The position numbers and the translations under genes are program-made. Below the pieces are notes generated by a model that saw nothing but the letters and a program-made list of their open reading frames with translations, was not told the DNA's origin and searched no databases. A stretch of DNA of 64,000 nucleotides from Pachysolen tannophilus NRRL Y-2460 (Eukaryota): positions 2,282,987 to 2,346,986 of the forward strand of contig KV454011.1 in the NCBI GenBank assembly GCA_001661245.1, read 5' to 3'. How positions within the stretch are numbered: the stretch's first letter is position 1; every line of letters begins with the position of its first letter. Positions 44,987-56,417 of this stretch are shown here, piece after piece.

Positions 44987-45499
44987 TCAACTACTTAAAA
45001 CTTTGGAAACAGTCTCTGTAACAGCAGATGCTACTGAAGTAGCAGTTTCAACAGCACTTTTCTTAGTGCTAGTTCCTGGACCAGCTGTTGGAAAAACAAC
45101 ATCCATGTAGCAAGTCAGCAAAGAAATTATTGAAAATAATACCTTTATCAACGGCGGTTGAGAACCCAATGGGTTGGAATCATTAGAAGGATCAGCAAGT
45201 ACATCTGGTTTATTATAAGGCTCATTCAAATATGACTGAACCGACAAGAAAAAAGCAGACCAAGCAAGCGCCTTATTTTTCATAAACATAGCTGCCATTG
45301 GTAAAGATTGGGTAACGAAACCAGTGGCTTCAACACGAGGTTGAGCTGGTATATGATGGTATCTATTAAAAAAAAAAAAATAAAAACGAAAAAAACCTTA
45401 AAGTTAGCAATTTGAAAACTAAACAAATCATTTTAATACTTAAATTTTAAATACTTACGGAACAACAAGTTCCTCACGGATTTTATTTGATGGAGCCAT
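44987..45499 (-). CDS. Small ER membrane protein, Asterix/YPR063C-like (PAT complex); exons 45499-45459 and 45362-44987 (138 aa)
   Basis: Intron 45458-45363 (GTAAGT, branch TGCTAAC, TAG) gives MAPSNKIREELVVPYHH...QSLPMAAMFMKNKALAW, typical of this family. Confidence 0.8.
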
Positions 45500-45727
45500 T
45501 ATCAATATTATCAATATTATCAATTAATTTAATTAATTTAATTATTGTTAATATAATATAATTTAATATAATATAGTTATCTTCAACTAATTTAGGTGTT
45601 GAAGATTGTTTTAGGGCGAAAAAAAAAATATTGGCACAAAATTTTCTGACAGAGGCCATAATTGTGGGAAATAATTGAATTATAGATCAATATATTGATA
45701 ATTGTTTGTAACATTGAGCTTTCAAGC

Positions 45728-46852
45728 ATGGATGAAATAGCAGATAGGGTATTTCAGCTGGATGATGTTTCTATAGCTGCTGGGAGTTCTTCGACTTTGC
45801 AGCTGTTTGACGAATCACCTTCGTCGTTGTCATTAATAATAGATATTAATCCACTTCAATGGTTTCGATTAAAAGATCAGATAGATTTAAAAGATTTGAG
45901 TAGATCGATTTGTATTTATTTGAACTGTCACTTATCTTTGAACTCATCGAATAAGGTGAATGTGTTGGTGGCGAACAATTTTAGTGATGGTGAAGAGAAT
46001 GGTGGGTCTAAGATATTATTCCCATCAATACATACCAAGACAGATGAGCATGGTTCATCTTTTGGGAATTCTCAAGGAAAGAATTTAGTAAATCCAAATA
46101 TGTATAGACAATTTAGATTTGTTGATGAGATATTCTTGGAAGAATTACATAGCATATTACAAAAAGAACCAACAGAGTTAAATATTAAAAATTTTAAAAA
46201 TACACTTTCAGGTGCTTTATCAATATCATTAAGCTATATAAATAAATTAAATTTATCTAATGATGGGTTATTAAAATCAAGGATATTAATAATAAGTGTG
46301 ACAGATGATGACTCATTACCTTATATATCAACTATGAATTGTATATTTGCGGCACAAAAGATGAAAGTTCCAATTGATGTCCTTAAATTGGATAGTGATT
46401 ATATAAGATCATCATTACTGAAGGACAATGAAAATAATAAAGATAATAATAATGATCAAGAAAAGGATGGAGTAAATAACTCTATTTTCTTACAACAAGC
46501 AACAGATGCAACTAATGGTATATTTCAAAAAATCACACATCCAAAAGGATTGGTACAATATTTATCCACTTCTTTTTTAATAGATTCAAATTTACGTTCT
46601 ATATTAATATTACCAACAAATTTTAAAATTGATTTTAGGTCATCATGTTTCTTAACTAAAAAAATTATAGATATAGGTTATGTGTGTTCTGTTTGCTTAT
46701 GTATCTTGAGTTTGATTCCAAAAAATCATAGGTGTCCCGTATGTGATTCTAAATTTGATGATAAGGTTATTGAAAAATTACTTAAAAAACCAGTTGTTGG
46801 CGTTAGTAATACCAATGGGAAAAAGAAACGAAAAATCAATTCAGTTATGTAA
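45728..46852 (+). CDS. TFB4: TFIIH subunit Tfb4 (p34)
   Basis: ESPSSLSLIIDINP vWA-like start, YISTMNCIFAAQKMKVPIDV, FLQQATDATNG, DFRSSCF, GYVCSVCLCI and CPVC zinc finger; ATG at 45728. Confidence 0.93.
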   Translation: MDEIADRVFQLDDVSIAAGSSSTLQLFDESPSSLSLIIDINPLQWFRLKDQIDLKDLSRSICIYLNCHLSLNSSNKVNVLVANNFSDGEENGGSKILFPSIHTKTDEHGSSFGNSQGKNLVNPNMYRQFRFVDEIFLEELHSILQKEPTELNIKNFKNTLSGALSISLSYINKLNLSNDGLLKSRILIISVTDDDSLPYISTMNCIFAAQKMKVPIDVLKLDSDYIRSSLLKDNENNKDNNNDQEKDGVNNSIFLQQATDATNGIFQKITHPKGLVQYLSTSFLIDSNLRSILILPTNFKIDFRSSCFLTKKIIDIGYVCSVCLCILSLIPKNHRCPVCDSKFDDKVIEKLLKKPVVGVSNTNGKKKRKINSVM

Positions 46853-47160
46853 ATGATAATTAAAATTAATATATAAATATTATTATTAGTATTGTACAAC
46901 GTTACTGAATTTAAAATTTGACATATAAAAAAAAAAAATAAAAATAAAATAAAATAAAATAAAACAAAACACATCAATATAACCTTTATATCACTTCATC
47001 ATAAACTATCAGCAGTAAACTAAAAACAATTAAAAAAAAATATTCAATAGTTTAAAAAAAAATAAAAAATAAAATTACAATCTAATTTAAAAGAAAAGAC
47101 AGAGACAAAAAGAAAGAAAAATCAACGAAATTGTATATATCTATTCTTCCAATAACCTCT

Positions 47161-48891
47161 TTAAATGCATAATATAACACTATCAATTTCACTATATGAA
47201 ATTGCTATTTTTTTACAATCATTACTCCAACTAATACAATTAATAAAGTTCTTCTTCTTTTGATCAGTTAAATGACTCAAATCAGGTTGATATTGTGAAA
47301 TGGATTTGATATTTCCTATAAATTCATCATTCTCTGTACCATTACTATTATTACTTCCAATAAGATGATTACTATTATTGTCAATTTTTGATGATTTTTG
47401 TTGATTATGTCTTTGAATTCTTTCTGATTTCTTTTGGTACATTTTCTGTAAAGATTTTTCAGACACATCCCATATTGTTACAGTTCCATCTAAATCCCCT
47501 GTAGCATAATAATTTTCATCTGGGGATAATTCTCCAGTGAAAATAGGGGCCCCACCATCATTTATTGCATGGAACAATATGTTACCTGTATAAACGTTCC
47601 ATATTCTTATTGAACCATCTAATGAGGAACTTAATAACATAATTTTAGTATCAGATATTAAACCATTTAACCATTGTATAGAAGTTATAGGCTGTGAATG
47701 ACCATACAAGACTTGTGATGCGTTATAAGAATTTCCTCTCCAAATTCTAATGGTATTATCATCTGAACCAGATGCCAATAATTTAAAAGAATTAGAGTAT
47801 TGTAAACAACTTATAGAATTTTGATGTCCTTGTAAAGTACCGATAGGTAAATCTTCACCAACTTGATAAATCATTATAGAAAATTTATTACCAGGTATCA
47901 CGAATTTATTATTTTCAATAAAACATGAATCCAATATTAAAGTATCTTGGTCACTATCTATATGTTGTGTTGCGAGACCAGTGTTTATATCCCATATTAT
48001 TGTCTTTGAGGATGAATCTGAAGTTAATAAATACTGTCCACTTTCATTCCATCTCATATTAATTATTGGTTGATGATGTAAAATCATAACATTTCTTAAT
48101 TTACCGTCAGCAGACCATAATCTCAATTCACCATTTTCAGAACCTGATACTAATAACCCACCATTTGAAGACCAAGCCAAATTCGTTATATCTTGTTCAG
48201 TATTTTGGAAATTATTATTAGTGGTTGTATTTGAAGTATTATTATTGTTTTTCAAAAAATTTGAAGTTGTAGTATTTAATGGGTGTTCTAATTTTAAAGT
48301 ACTCAAAGTTTTCAACGAATTGGCAACTGAGTCATCCAATACAGATATTACAGCTTTCGAATCCTTTTGCCCCCATGATATCACAGAAGAATGTTTTGGA
48401 TTAAATTTATTTGTTTCAGAAGAAGGAAATGTTAAAGTCTTATTAAGTATAGTTGTAAAATCATTAGATTCGGGACTATCTTCTTTCTTTTCAATATCTT
48501 CAAATCCCACCCCACTATTCTGGCCACCTATTTTATCATTCTTATCTTTATCCCTTAATAATACAAAATCATTCAGATTATTTTCAATTTCATTTGATAC
48601 CACTGGTGGATTAATTAATTTATCATTTTCTAAAGCTGTAAATAAATTAAACTTATTTTCTTCAGATAATATCTTTCCCTCATCATCAATCAAACTATCT
48701 TCCTGACAATATAATATACCTTTCTGCACCAAATTAACTAAACAACCCAAAGGAACTTTATCTTTGAAAACTTTATCCAATTTACTAAAATCCGAATATT
48801 CTTTATTCAATGAAAAAGCACTCAACTCTAGTCCTTGTTCCTGTAGATACCTCCATATGAGATAATTCACTTCATCACTTGTTATTGTCAT
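47161..48891 (-). CDS. SIF2: LisH/WD40 subunit of the Set3 HDAC complex (TBL1 homologue)
   Basis: MTITSDEVNYLIWRYLQEQGLELSAF LisH, VPLGCLVNLVQKGILY, multiple WD40 repeats; ATG at 48891. Confidence 0.9.
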   Translation of the reverse strand: MTITSDEVNYLIWRYLQEQGLELSAFSLNKEYSDFSKLDKVFKDKVPLGCLVNLVQKGILYCQEDSLIDDEGKILSEENKFNLFTALENDKLINPPVVSNEIENNLNDFVLLRDKDKNDKIGGQNSGVGFEDIEKKEDSPESNDFTTILNKTLTFPSSETNKFNPKHSSVISWGQKDSKAVISVLDDSVANSLKTLSTLKLEHPLNTTTSNFLKNNNNTSNTTTNNNFQNTEQDITNLAWSSNGGLLVSGSENGELRLWSADGKLRNVMILHHQPIINMRWNESGQYLLTSDSSSKTIIWDINTGLATQHIDSDQDTLILDSCFIENNKFVIPGNKFSIMIYQVGEDLPIGTLQGHQNSISCLQYSNSFKLLASGSDDNTIRIWRGNSYNASQVLYGHSQPITSIQWLNGLISDTKIMLLSSSLDGSIRIWNVYTGNILFHAINDGGAPIFTGELSPDENYYATGDLDGTVTIWDVSEKSLQKMYQKKSERIQRHNQQKSSKIDNNSNHLIGSNNSNGTENDEFIGNIKSISQYQPDLSHLTDQKKKNFINCISWSNDCKKIAISYSEIDSVILCI

Positions 48892-49053
48892 AGCTGAGCA
48901 TGTAAACAGCAACTTGTCCCATACACAAATATCTTCAATCAAGCAGTATTTCTAATAATAAATTTTTTAAAAAAATAAGTTAATATTTTTTCTGAATTCA
49001 ATTATTATTATTAGTTTTAGTTTGAAGGTGGTTGGACTGAGCGAGCGAAATCC

Positions 49054-49093
<40 letters not shown>

Positions 49094-49369
49094 AAAATGT
49101 GCGCAAATGAAAATTAATTGCGGACACAACTGTGCACATTTATAAAATCAAATGTGGTACGCGGTTTGATTTTATTTTGCGCTAGCATAATGCAAAACGT
49201 GTGCACGCAAGTGCGGGCAGTTTATTTTTATTTTTTTTTCCTTTTTTGTTTTTGTTAATTAAGCAGGTTTGTTTACATATGTTATTATATATATATATTT
49301 ATTCTGAGAATTTAACCGCTGATTGAATGTGAAGGAAGGTGGGAAGAAGTTTTAAGGTTTGGGAAGGTT

Positions 49370-51490
49370 ATGGGTTCTCAAAGTGAGAGGAGCATAATAG
49401 TGTTGTCTTCTCCTGTGTGCTGTAACAGCAATTGGAAGAATAAGCAGCCTGTATATTTGACTTTATCGAGTGAAGATGATAAAGAGAATAGTCATATTTC
49501 TTTGATAAGTTCTGAACAAAATATAGATAACAGCGGTATCAGTAGGAATAAGGAGAATGTGTTGGGAGACTTGTCGAATGTTATGGCAGATGATGAGGAA
49601 GACAGTTGTGGTGATGTTAAAGCAAGTCGGTTTAGGAGAAGAGCGGCGGTACCATTATCATCTGGGGATGATTTTATTGGGAATACAATTGTTAACCGCC
49701 CATTGAGTTCATCACCCATTAAGGAGAATATACAACCTTTGTTTGTTGAGCAATCGAATGATGGTATTTTTTCATCATCTCAGCCAACTCCAGTGGCGTA
49801 TAATAGGAATGAAAATAAAAAAATTGATTTGGTTTCAAAATCAACATCTTTATTTAATCTTGATGATTTGAATTTAAAAAATAGTGACATTGTAGAAATT
49901 ACCGATGAAGATATAATGATGGTTTCTTCTCCAAAATTACATAAGAAATGTTCTGATACTAAAAATAATAATAATTGTTTACATTCATCTTCTTTTATTT
50001 CAGATATTACAGATGTGGATTTATCAGCAAATTTGAGAAAAAAATCAAAAAGAAAATTAACAACAACTCCAACAAAGAGTGGGAATAATAATAAGAATAA
50101 TAGTAACAACAATAATAACAAGGCGCATATTTTTTCATCTGATGATGATGGTAATGAAACTGCCGATATTGATATTGAACGAATACTTGGATTCCCTTCA
50201 AGAGAGAATTCAAATACGAATCCTGCCATTAAATTGAGCTCATTAAATCCAAAATCATCTTTAATTTCCTTTTCATTTCAAACTGAAATTGAGGCAAGAA
50301 CTGCTTCAAGGTCAAAGACTTTACCTTCGAATAATTTGAAATCATCAAAATCATCAAAATCATCAAAAAAGATAACGAAAAGATCAAAATCAGAAGTGAA
50401 AAATCCTCCTCAACTTCCTCCTTCATTTCATTTGAAAAATATTATACCTACTTCAGAACAAGAAAAATGTCAACTCCTAGCATATGTCAAGGAATATAGA
50501 TCAAAAGAATTGCAATTGGCAAACAAGATAAATAGAGTCAAAGAAGATTATTTATCAGAAATGATAATGGTTTTAGAAGATTCGTTATATGATGAATTTT
50601 CTATGGATAAAGAATTACGTAAAAAATTTAATTTATTACAATTGAAAAAAGAAACAAAATCGTTACCTTTAATTTCATTTCAAAGAAAGATGAAATCAAT
50701 TTACTATAAGAAAGAGGATGTTTTTGTACCTTTAATTTTAGAAGGAGACATTGATTTTAGATTGGTTGATGAAAAGTTAATAATATTGTATTGTAAAGCA
50801 CCATATTTATCAGAATTAATGTTTGGAAATGATGAAGAAAATAATTTAATGAAAATTGTGGAAACTTTAAGAAAAACTTATAAAGACAACATACTTATGA
50901 TAATGATTGAAGGATATGAACAATTTTTAACTAAATTAAAAAATCAACAAAATAAAGAATATACAAATAAAATACGACAACAGATGATGCTTGATGAAGA
51001 ACAAGAGACCTCTTCGAAGAGGAAAAATTCCAAAAAATCAAAAGACGACGATAATCCAATAATATCATCAATTTGTTTTGAAAAATATTTAGTCAATTTG
51101 ACAATAGATCACCGTATTCATATATTTCCAACAAAATCAATCTTAGATTCAGTTGATTGGTTAATAAATTTATCATATACATTGGCAACATCGATTTATG
51201 ACAAGTCTGAAAGGTTAAAAGAGTTATCTTCGATCGGTATAATTAGATCTGGTCAGGATAATAAAGATTGTTTTTTAAAATCGTTACAGCAATTGAAATT
51301 TATGACCCAGACACTGTCTACTAAAATTTATGAAAATGGTTTAACGACAATACCTGAATTATTTGAACGTTTTGAAAAAAATGGGAAATTGGGTAATGAT
51401 CAAGACGGAAAGAAATTAGTTAGAGATACGCTTGAAACAAGTTTGAAAACTTTTTTCACTAGTGATAATCCAAATGATTTTTTAAATTGA
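49370..51490 (+). CDS. MMS4: Mus81 partner Mms4/Eme1 (inactive ERCC4 domain)
   Basis: Disordered S-rich N-terminus; ANKINRVKEDYLSEMI, LPLISFQRKMKSIY...DVFVP, MIEGYEQF..KLKNQQNKEY, IRSGQDNKDCFLKSLQQ, LKTFFTSDNPND. Confidence 0.8.
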   Translation: MGSQSERSIIVLSSPVCCNSNWKNKQPVYLTLSSEDDKENSHISLISSEQNIDNSGISRNKENVLGDLSNVMADDEEDSCGDVKASRFRRRAAVPLSSGDDFIGNTIVNRPLSSSPIKENIQPLFVEQSNDGIFSSSQPTPVAYNRNENKKIDLVSKSTSLFNLDDLNLKNSDIVEITDEDIMMVSSPKLHKKCSDTKNNNNCLHSSSFISDITDVDLSANLRKKSKRKLTTTPTKSGNNNKNNSNNNNNKAHIFSSDDDGNETADIDIERILGFPSRENSNTNPAIKLSSLNPKSSLISFSFQTEIEARTASRSKTLPSNNLKSSKSSKSSKKITKRSKSEVKNPPQLPPSFHLKNIIPTSEQEKCQLLAYVKEYRSKELQLANKINRVKEDYLSEMIMVLEDSLYDEFSMDKELRKKFNLLQLKKETKSLPLISFQRKMKSIYYKKEDVFVPLILEGDIDFRLVDEKLIILYCKAPYLSELMFGNDEENNLMKIVETLRKTYKDNILMIMIEGYEQFLTKLKNQQNKEYTNKIRQQMMLDEEQETSSKRKNSKKSKDDDNPIISSICFEKYLVNLTIDHRIHIFPTKSILDSVDWLINLSYTLATSIYDKSERLKELSSIGIIRSGQDNKDCFLKSLQQLKFMTQTLSTKIYENGLTTIPELFERFEKNGKLGNDQDGKKLVRDTLETSLKTFFTSDNPNDFLN

Positions 51491-51689
51491 AATTATTTAT
51501 AAAAAAACAAAAAAAAAAAAAAAAAACAAACCCCATATAAATATTTTATCTTTTTGATTTAGATTCTGAATGTAACTTCTTCACGTATTGAACTTTTGAA
51601 AAAGACCTGTATTTTTTTTTTTAATATTTTATCTACATGTTAGTAAGGAAGAAAACCTTTGTAAAAAAAAAAAAAAAAACTTTTCTTTA

Positions 51690-52547
51690 TTAAGATATTA
51701 CTTGCTTTAAAACTTTGAAATCATCTTCATTTAAACGATCTTTGATCGGTTCCAAATTCTTTAAATTTTTCGTAAGGGAATCACACTCTTGGTCATTTAA
51801 CTTGTAGTTACCACTAATCAATTCAGTTAAAATGTGAATAATCTTATCAAGTATTGAAATACTTTGATCAACGGTTAATAATTCAATCAATTCAAGAAGA
51901 ATTTTTTTCTCTTGAATAATCTGTCTTTTTTCGCTGCTAACACCAGTTGATAATAAGGAAGAAAATAACGAGAGCATTCTTAACTTCAACTTGTCCGATA
52001 AAAGAGTAGGAGATGAAGCTATCAAATCCCAACCTTTTAAATCGTTAAATTTACCATATGCATCTTCATTATGTCTTAACAATGAAGATAACGCATAAAA
52101 CGATTTTAATTTCACTTCTTCTGGTTCATCAGCATCTTTTGATATTTCTATCAAAGTCTTTAATCCATCTTCATATTTTAAAAAATCTTCCTGGGACTTT
52201 GTATTATTTTGAATCGCAGTACCTATACATGAACATGTTTGACTTTTAAACTCATCATTGCTACGTAACAATTCTATCAAAGGTTTCCAAAGTTTTAAAT
52301 TCTCAATATTGTTAGCATTATCCAAATTCTCAATCAACATCTCAAAGTTCTCAAACGCAACCTCTTTACTCTTCAGCTCCAGTTCCTCATCCATAATTAT
52401 CGCCATGCTCTGCTTCATCAATGTTGGATCATCAACTTTCCCACCAAATAACTGCGCAAGTAACTCAGGATCAGGAGTACCTATCTTCTTCTTGGCCTCC
52501 TCATCATTCGTAGAATTGGCCACAGACCACTTCAAAAGCTTTTCCAT
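51690..52547 (-). CDS. FES1: Hsp70 nucleotide exchange factor
   Basis: MEKLLKWSVAN, PDPELLAQLFGG, AFENFEMLIENLDNANNIENLKLW, IGTAIQNN; ATG at 52547. Confidence 0.95.
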   Translation of the reverse strand: MEKLLKWSVANSTNDEEAKKKIGTPDPELLAQLFGGKVDDPTLMKQSMAIIMDEELELKSKEVAFENFEMLIENLDNANNIENLKLWKPLIELLRSNDEFKSQTCSCIGTAIQNNTKSQEDFLKYEDGLKTLIEISKDADEPEEVKLKSFYALSSLLRHNEDAYGKFNDLKGWDLIASSPTLLSDKLKLRMLSLFSSLLSTGVSSEKRQIIQEKKILLELIELLTVDQSISILDKIIHILTELISGNYKLNDQECDSLTKNLKNLEPIKDRLNEDDFKVLKQVIS

Positions 52548-52642
52548 CTTCTTATATCGTTTATTGCTATTCCCTGTTGGAACTCTCAATCACAATAACC
52601 AAGATTATATTTAATATATATTCTTTATAATTAAATAAAACC

Positions 52643-52657
52643 TTCTGGAAAGTTTTC
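52643..52657. promoter_or_regulatory. Heat-shock element-like motif upstream of FES1
   Basis: TTCtgGAAagTTTtc (two perfect inverted nGAAn units plus one imperfect unit) about 100 bp upstream of an Hsf1-regulon gene. Confidence 0.5.
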
Positions 52658-52714
52658 ACCTTTTCATATGCTTCAACAGAAGGTCGTGCGCACCATACGA
52701 ATCGAACAATGTTT

Positions 52715-52745
<31 letters not shown>

Positions 52746-52826
52746 ACAAATATATATATATATATATATATATATTTATGTGTGATTTAAGTGTTATTGG
52801 TGTTGTGGAATCAATTGAAGTTTGTG

Positions 52827-55800
52827 ATGAGTGGTAATGTGCATTCGTCGCTTGATGAAGCGTCTGAGTTAATTTTTATCGTTGAGTCGGAATGGGCGAA
52901 ATTGGATAAGCTGGAACCTAATCCATTAGAGATTGTTTTACCGCTATTGGATAATACATCTGTTGGTTTAGCTCATAAATATTCGAGTTTCCAAAATTTG
53001 CATTCTAAAATTTCACAGAACTTGTCTAGGTGTTTAAACGAAAATAAGGATTCATTTATCAATAGTTTGAATTATTATGATCAGGCATTATCTACTTTTA
53101 ATGAATCTTATAATTTAATCAAGACAATAAAGAAAAATTTGATGGAGACAAATAATTCGATTATGGATAGTGATAATAAGATTTACCTTAGGGATATCAA
53201 TAGTAATTCGTTGTTATATTCTCAATTGATAGATACTGTTGATGCAATTGAGTTTTTAAAACATTCTACTGAATCTTTAAGTGATTTAATATTAAATGAA
53301 AAAAATTATGTGAATGCAACTAATATTATTAAAAAATGTAAAGAATTAATTCTTATTTATGATTTGAATAATGTTAAATCATTGAAACCAACTATTACTT
53401 CGTTAAATGATCAAGAAAATTCTTTAGTTGAGATTATTATCGAAGAATTAAACAATATAATTTATTTGAATTTTAGTGCAGATTGTAATAATAGAGATGA
53501 TACCATAAATGTTAATGGAAATCCTGATCTTATTGATGGGGATGATATCAGTTCCAAAATCATGTCCATAAATAGTAGCTTGGCAGATTTTTTAAATTAT
53601 TTGGAGGATCAAGAAGATGATGATGATAAATTAAGTATTGATGAAGAATTAGTTATAACAGAACAAGAACAAAATAATAATAGTAATAGTACTAATTTTT
53701 TCAATAAGATTAAACTATTATTACTTGTCTTGTTAAAACTAAATATCTTGGATAAAGTACAAGAAATATTTGTATCGAGAACTAATAGAGAGTTAAACAA
53801 ATTATTTAATCAAACAATAGATGATATTAAATTGAAAAATCCAAAAAGTTCCCAAAGTCAATTACAAAATAAGACAACAACAGAAATTTCAGATGAATTG
53901 GAATTCTTCCCTTCAAATAAAGAATCTGATATATTAACTGAGTTTTTCAACAACATTTTCAGTAAATGTCTTACTGTACTACAATATCATAGGTTAATTT
54001 ATGAAATTTCCAATAAATATAATACTAATGGTCATGTGATTTATCCAATTGACAAAATATGGAAAATAATGACAGGTGAATTATATAATTTATTGTACAA
54101 TTATCTTGTTGATGAAAATATGAAAAAAGATGTTTCAGATACTGCAAATAAAAATAACAAGACTAATAACGATAATGATAGTGTTATTAAAAGAACAAAT
54201 AATGAAGTTAAAAAAAGTAAAAAATTGTTTGAATTCCAAAAAATAGAAGATTTAAACTCAGCTCATGATTTATCCCAATTAACAACCTATTTGCAAGAAT
54301 GTTTCCCTAGTTTTTCAGTATCTTCAAAACAAAGTCCATCAATTTATTTAGCAAATAAGGAAGCTTTCACTAACTTGGAAATTTTAACTTCACCAAATTG
54401 TTTTAATATGAAATTTATTTTGAATCCTTTTTTACTATTTATCGAAGGTTCTAAAACCTGTATACCATTTTCTTCAAAATTATTGATCAATAGCAATGAC
54501 TATGAAATTGATGGTAAAATTAAGACCCCAACAGAATTTTTTATTGACTTTATGAGAAATGTATTCTTGGCAAATTTTAACGACACTTTACTATATTACT
54601 ATGATTCTATGGTTAACGATGAATTTCTAAATATTAATAGTCAATTGAGCTCCATAACTTCAAACAACACACAAACTAATGACTCTTCTTTCAATGAATT
54701 GGTTAATATAAATGGTAATATTTTTGTTTTCAAAAATTTTTTCAATTTCCAAAAGTTTTTGGTTGCTATATTGCAAGTCTTAAACACATCTACAATTTTT
54801 AAAAAAGAATATTTAAATTTGATCTTCCAGATTTTCCACATCTTTCAACTGAAAGTTTCCAACTACTATAAAGAGTTGATTTCAGAGGACAACGATGATA
54901 TTGGAGAGAAATCGCAATTGGTAAAATGGCTTTCATCACCTGATATAACCGCAGTTTCACTAAAAATATTAACCGAAAACAAGTATGAGTTAATAGTCAA
55001 GGAAATTGGATTATTGATTGATGAATCATTGATAAGTAAGGTCAATTTGAGTGTTGATATCTTGAATTCAGAGACTTTTGGAAATTTAGCACAGTTGTTA
55101 GCTAGTGTGAGCTGGATACTAAGCTGGCTTCCAGATTTACGTAAAGTTGATAGTAGTAAGGAAACCAGCAATAACGATGTTTCAGAAGTTGATAAATTTA
55201 AAGACATGTGGGAATTGTCAGACATTGGATATGGTAGTTATCGTCTAAACCATAATACTCATAGTAAGATTAATGTTTCAATAATAATGCGCGATGAATA
55301 CTTATCAAGATTTGATGCTTTTGTAAGATTTTTCCAAGATATGAACTTCAAAATTATTCTCATATTAAGATACAACTTAATTTTAAATTTAGTTTGTTAT
55401 ACCTTCAAATTTTTTAATAAGAATGATTTTACAAATGATGTACCGAACGAAAACGACATAAACATCAAAAAGTTGAATTCGATAATATTGAATTCTTTTA
55501 AAGTCTTGGTGCAAGAAAATGACCAAGGTAAACAGGCCAGAACCATTTTCCGAGGTTTATCAAAATATTTGGACAAGTTACTAATCTTGAACTCTTTTAA
55601 CATAAAAACGTTGAATCAATTGGGTTTAAATAAGATTTTCAAAAACATTTTAATATTACAGCAACTGTTCAAAATTTTAAGCATTGATCTCCATGATGAT
55701 GATGAAGTTTATGATCACGATCTGGACAATTATTTCTTCCAAGATTCATTGAAGTATTTCGAAAATTTCAAGATTACAGATAAGGGAATAATTGAACAGA

Positions 55801-56063
55801 TACTGAGTAACAGGAATCAATTTACATTACTGGAAAATAAAAATATGGTCAGGTTAATATTCAGTGAAGAACTTGCGAGCCATAACACACTAACAATGAC
55901 TTCAAACTCGACAAACAGTAACGGGTTAGGATTTGTCACTGGAAATGCTAATTCTAATAGCAATGGTCATCGTAAGACACCATCAGTCACTGCTGGAGCT
56001 GTAAAAAGATACCATGATGCTTTAAAGAAACTAGAAGATGCATATAAAAATAGGAAAAAGTAA
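52827..56063 (+). CDS. SEC8: Exocyst subunit Sec8
   Basis: NPLEIVLPLLDNTSVGLAH N-terminal motif, PNCFNM..ILNPFLLF, C-terminal KNILILQQ and RLIFSEE; ATG at 52827. Confidence 0.88.
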   Translation: MSGNVHSSLDEASELIFIVESEWAKLDKLEPNPLEIVLPLLDNTSVGLAHKYSSFQNLHSKISQNLSRCLNENKDSFINSLNYYDQALSTFNESYNLIKTIKKNLMETNNSIMDSDNKIYLRDINSNSLLYSQLIDTVDAIEFLKHSTESLSDLILNEKNYVNATNIIKKCKELILIYDLNNVKSLKPTITSLNDQENSLVEIIIEELNNIIYLNFSADCNNRDDTINVNGNPDLIDGDDISSKIMSINSSLADFLNYLEDQEDDDDKLSIDEELVITEQEQNNNSNSTNFFNKIKLLLLVLLKLNILDKVQEIFVSRTNRELNKLFNQTIDDIKLKNPKSSQSQLQNKTTTEISDELEFFPSNKESDILTEFFNNIFSKCLTVLQYHRLIYEISNKYNTNGHVIYPIDKIWKIMTGELYNLLYNYLVDENMKKDVSDTANKNNKTNNDNDSVIKRTNNEVKKSKKLFEFQKIEDLNSAHDLSQLTTYLQECFPSFSVSSKQSPSIYLANKEAFTNLEILTSPNCFNMKFILNPFLLFIEGSKTCIPFSSKLLINSNDYEIDGKIKTPTEFFIDFMRNVFLANFNDTLLYYYDSMVNDEFLNINSQLSSITSNNTQTNDSSFNELVNINGNIFVFKNFFNFQKFLVAILQVLNTSTIFKKEYLNLIFQIFHIFQLKVSNYYKELISEDNDDIGEKSQLVKWLSSPDITAVSLKILTENKYELIVKEIGLLIDESLISKVNLSVDILNSETFGNLAQLLASVSWILSWLPDLRKVDSSKETSNNDVSEVDKFKDMWELSDIGYGSYRLNHNTHSKINVSIIMRDEYLSRFDAFVRFFQDMNFKIILILRYNLILNLVCYTFKFFNKNDFTNDVPNENDINIKKLNSIILNSFKVLVQENDQGKQARTIFRGLSKYLDKLLILNSFNIKTLNQLGLNKIFKNILILQQLFKILSIDLHDDDEVYDHDLDNYFFQDSLKYFENFKITDKGIIEQILSNRNQFTLLENKNMVRLIFSEELASHNTLTMTSNSTNSNGLGFVTGNANSNSNGHRKTPSVTAGAVKRYHDALKKLEDAYKNRKK

Positions 56064-56417
56064 AACTGACAGTATATTTTGTTATATTATAATTTTATGA
56101 TTTTTATGACTACTTTTCGTTATCTTTAATATTTCTTTAATACTTAGTGTGTCTCGTCTCGTTCGCATCTAGTTTCGAGTTTTGCCTTAATTGAACAAAA
56201 GTTCGCTTATTTATCTTTTTCGGTAATGATAAATACCGCTGTAAAAGCTGCATAAAGATATGTCCAGTACAAATGAATCGGCAAAAAATACTGAAATCAA
56301 TAGTTTTAAAGAAATAAGTAAATGGATCCTTTCAACCATGTACAGACTTTCAGAACTACTCAATTGTTGCTTCATTAATGACTTAGAAGGCTGTTTTTTT
56401 TTTGAAGATTGCGAAAA

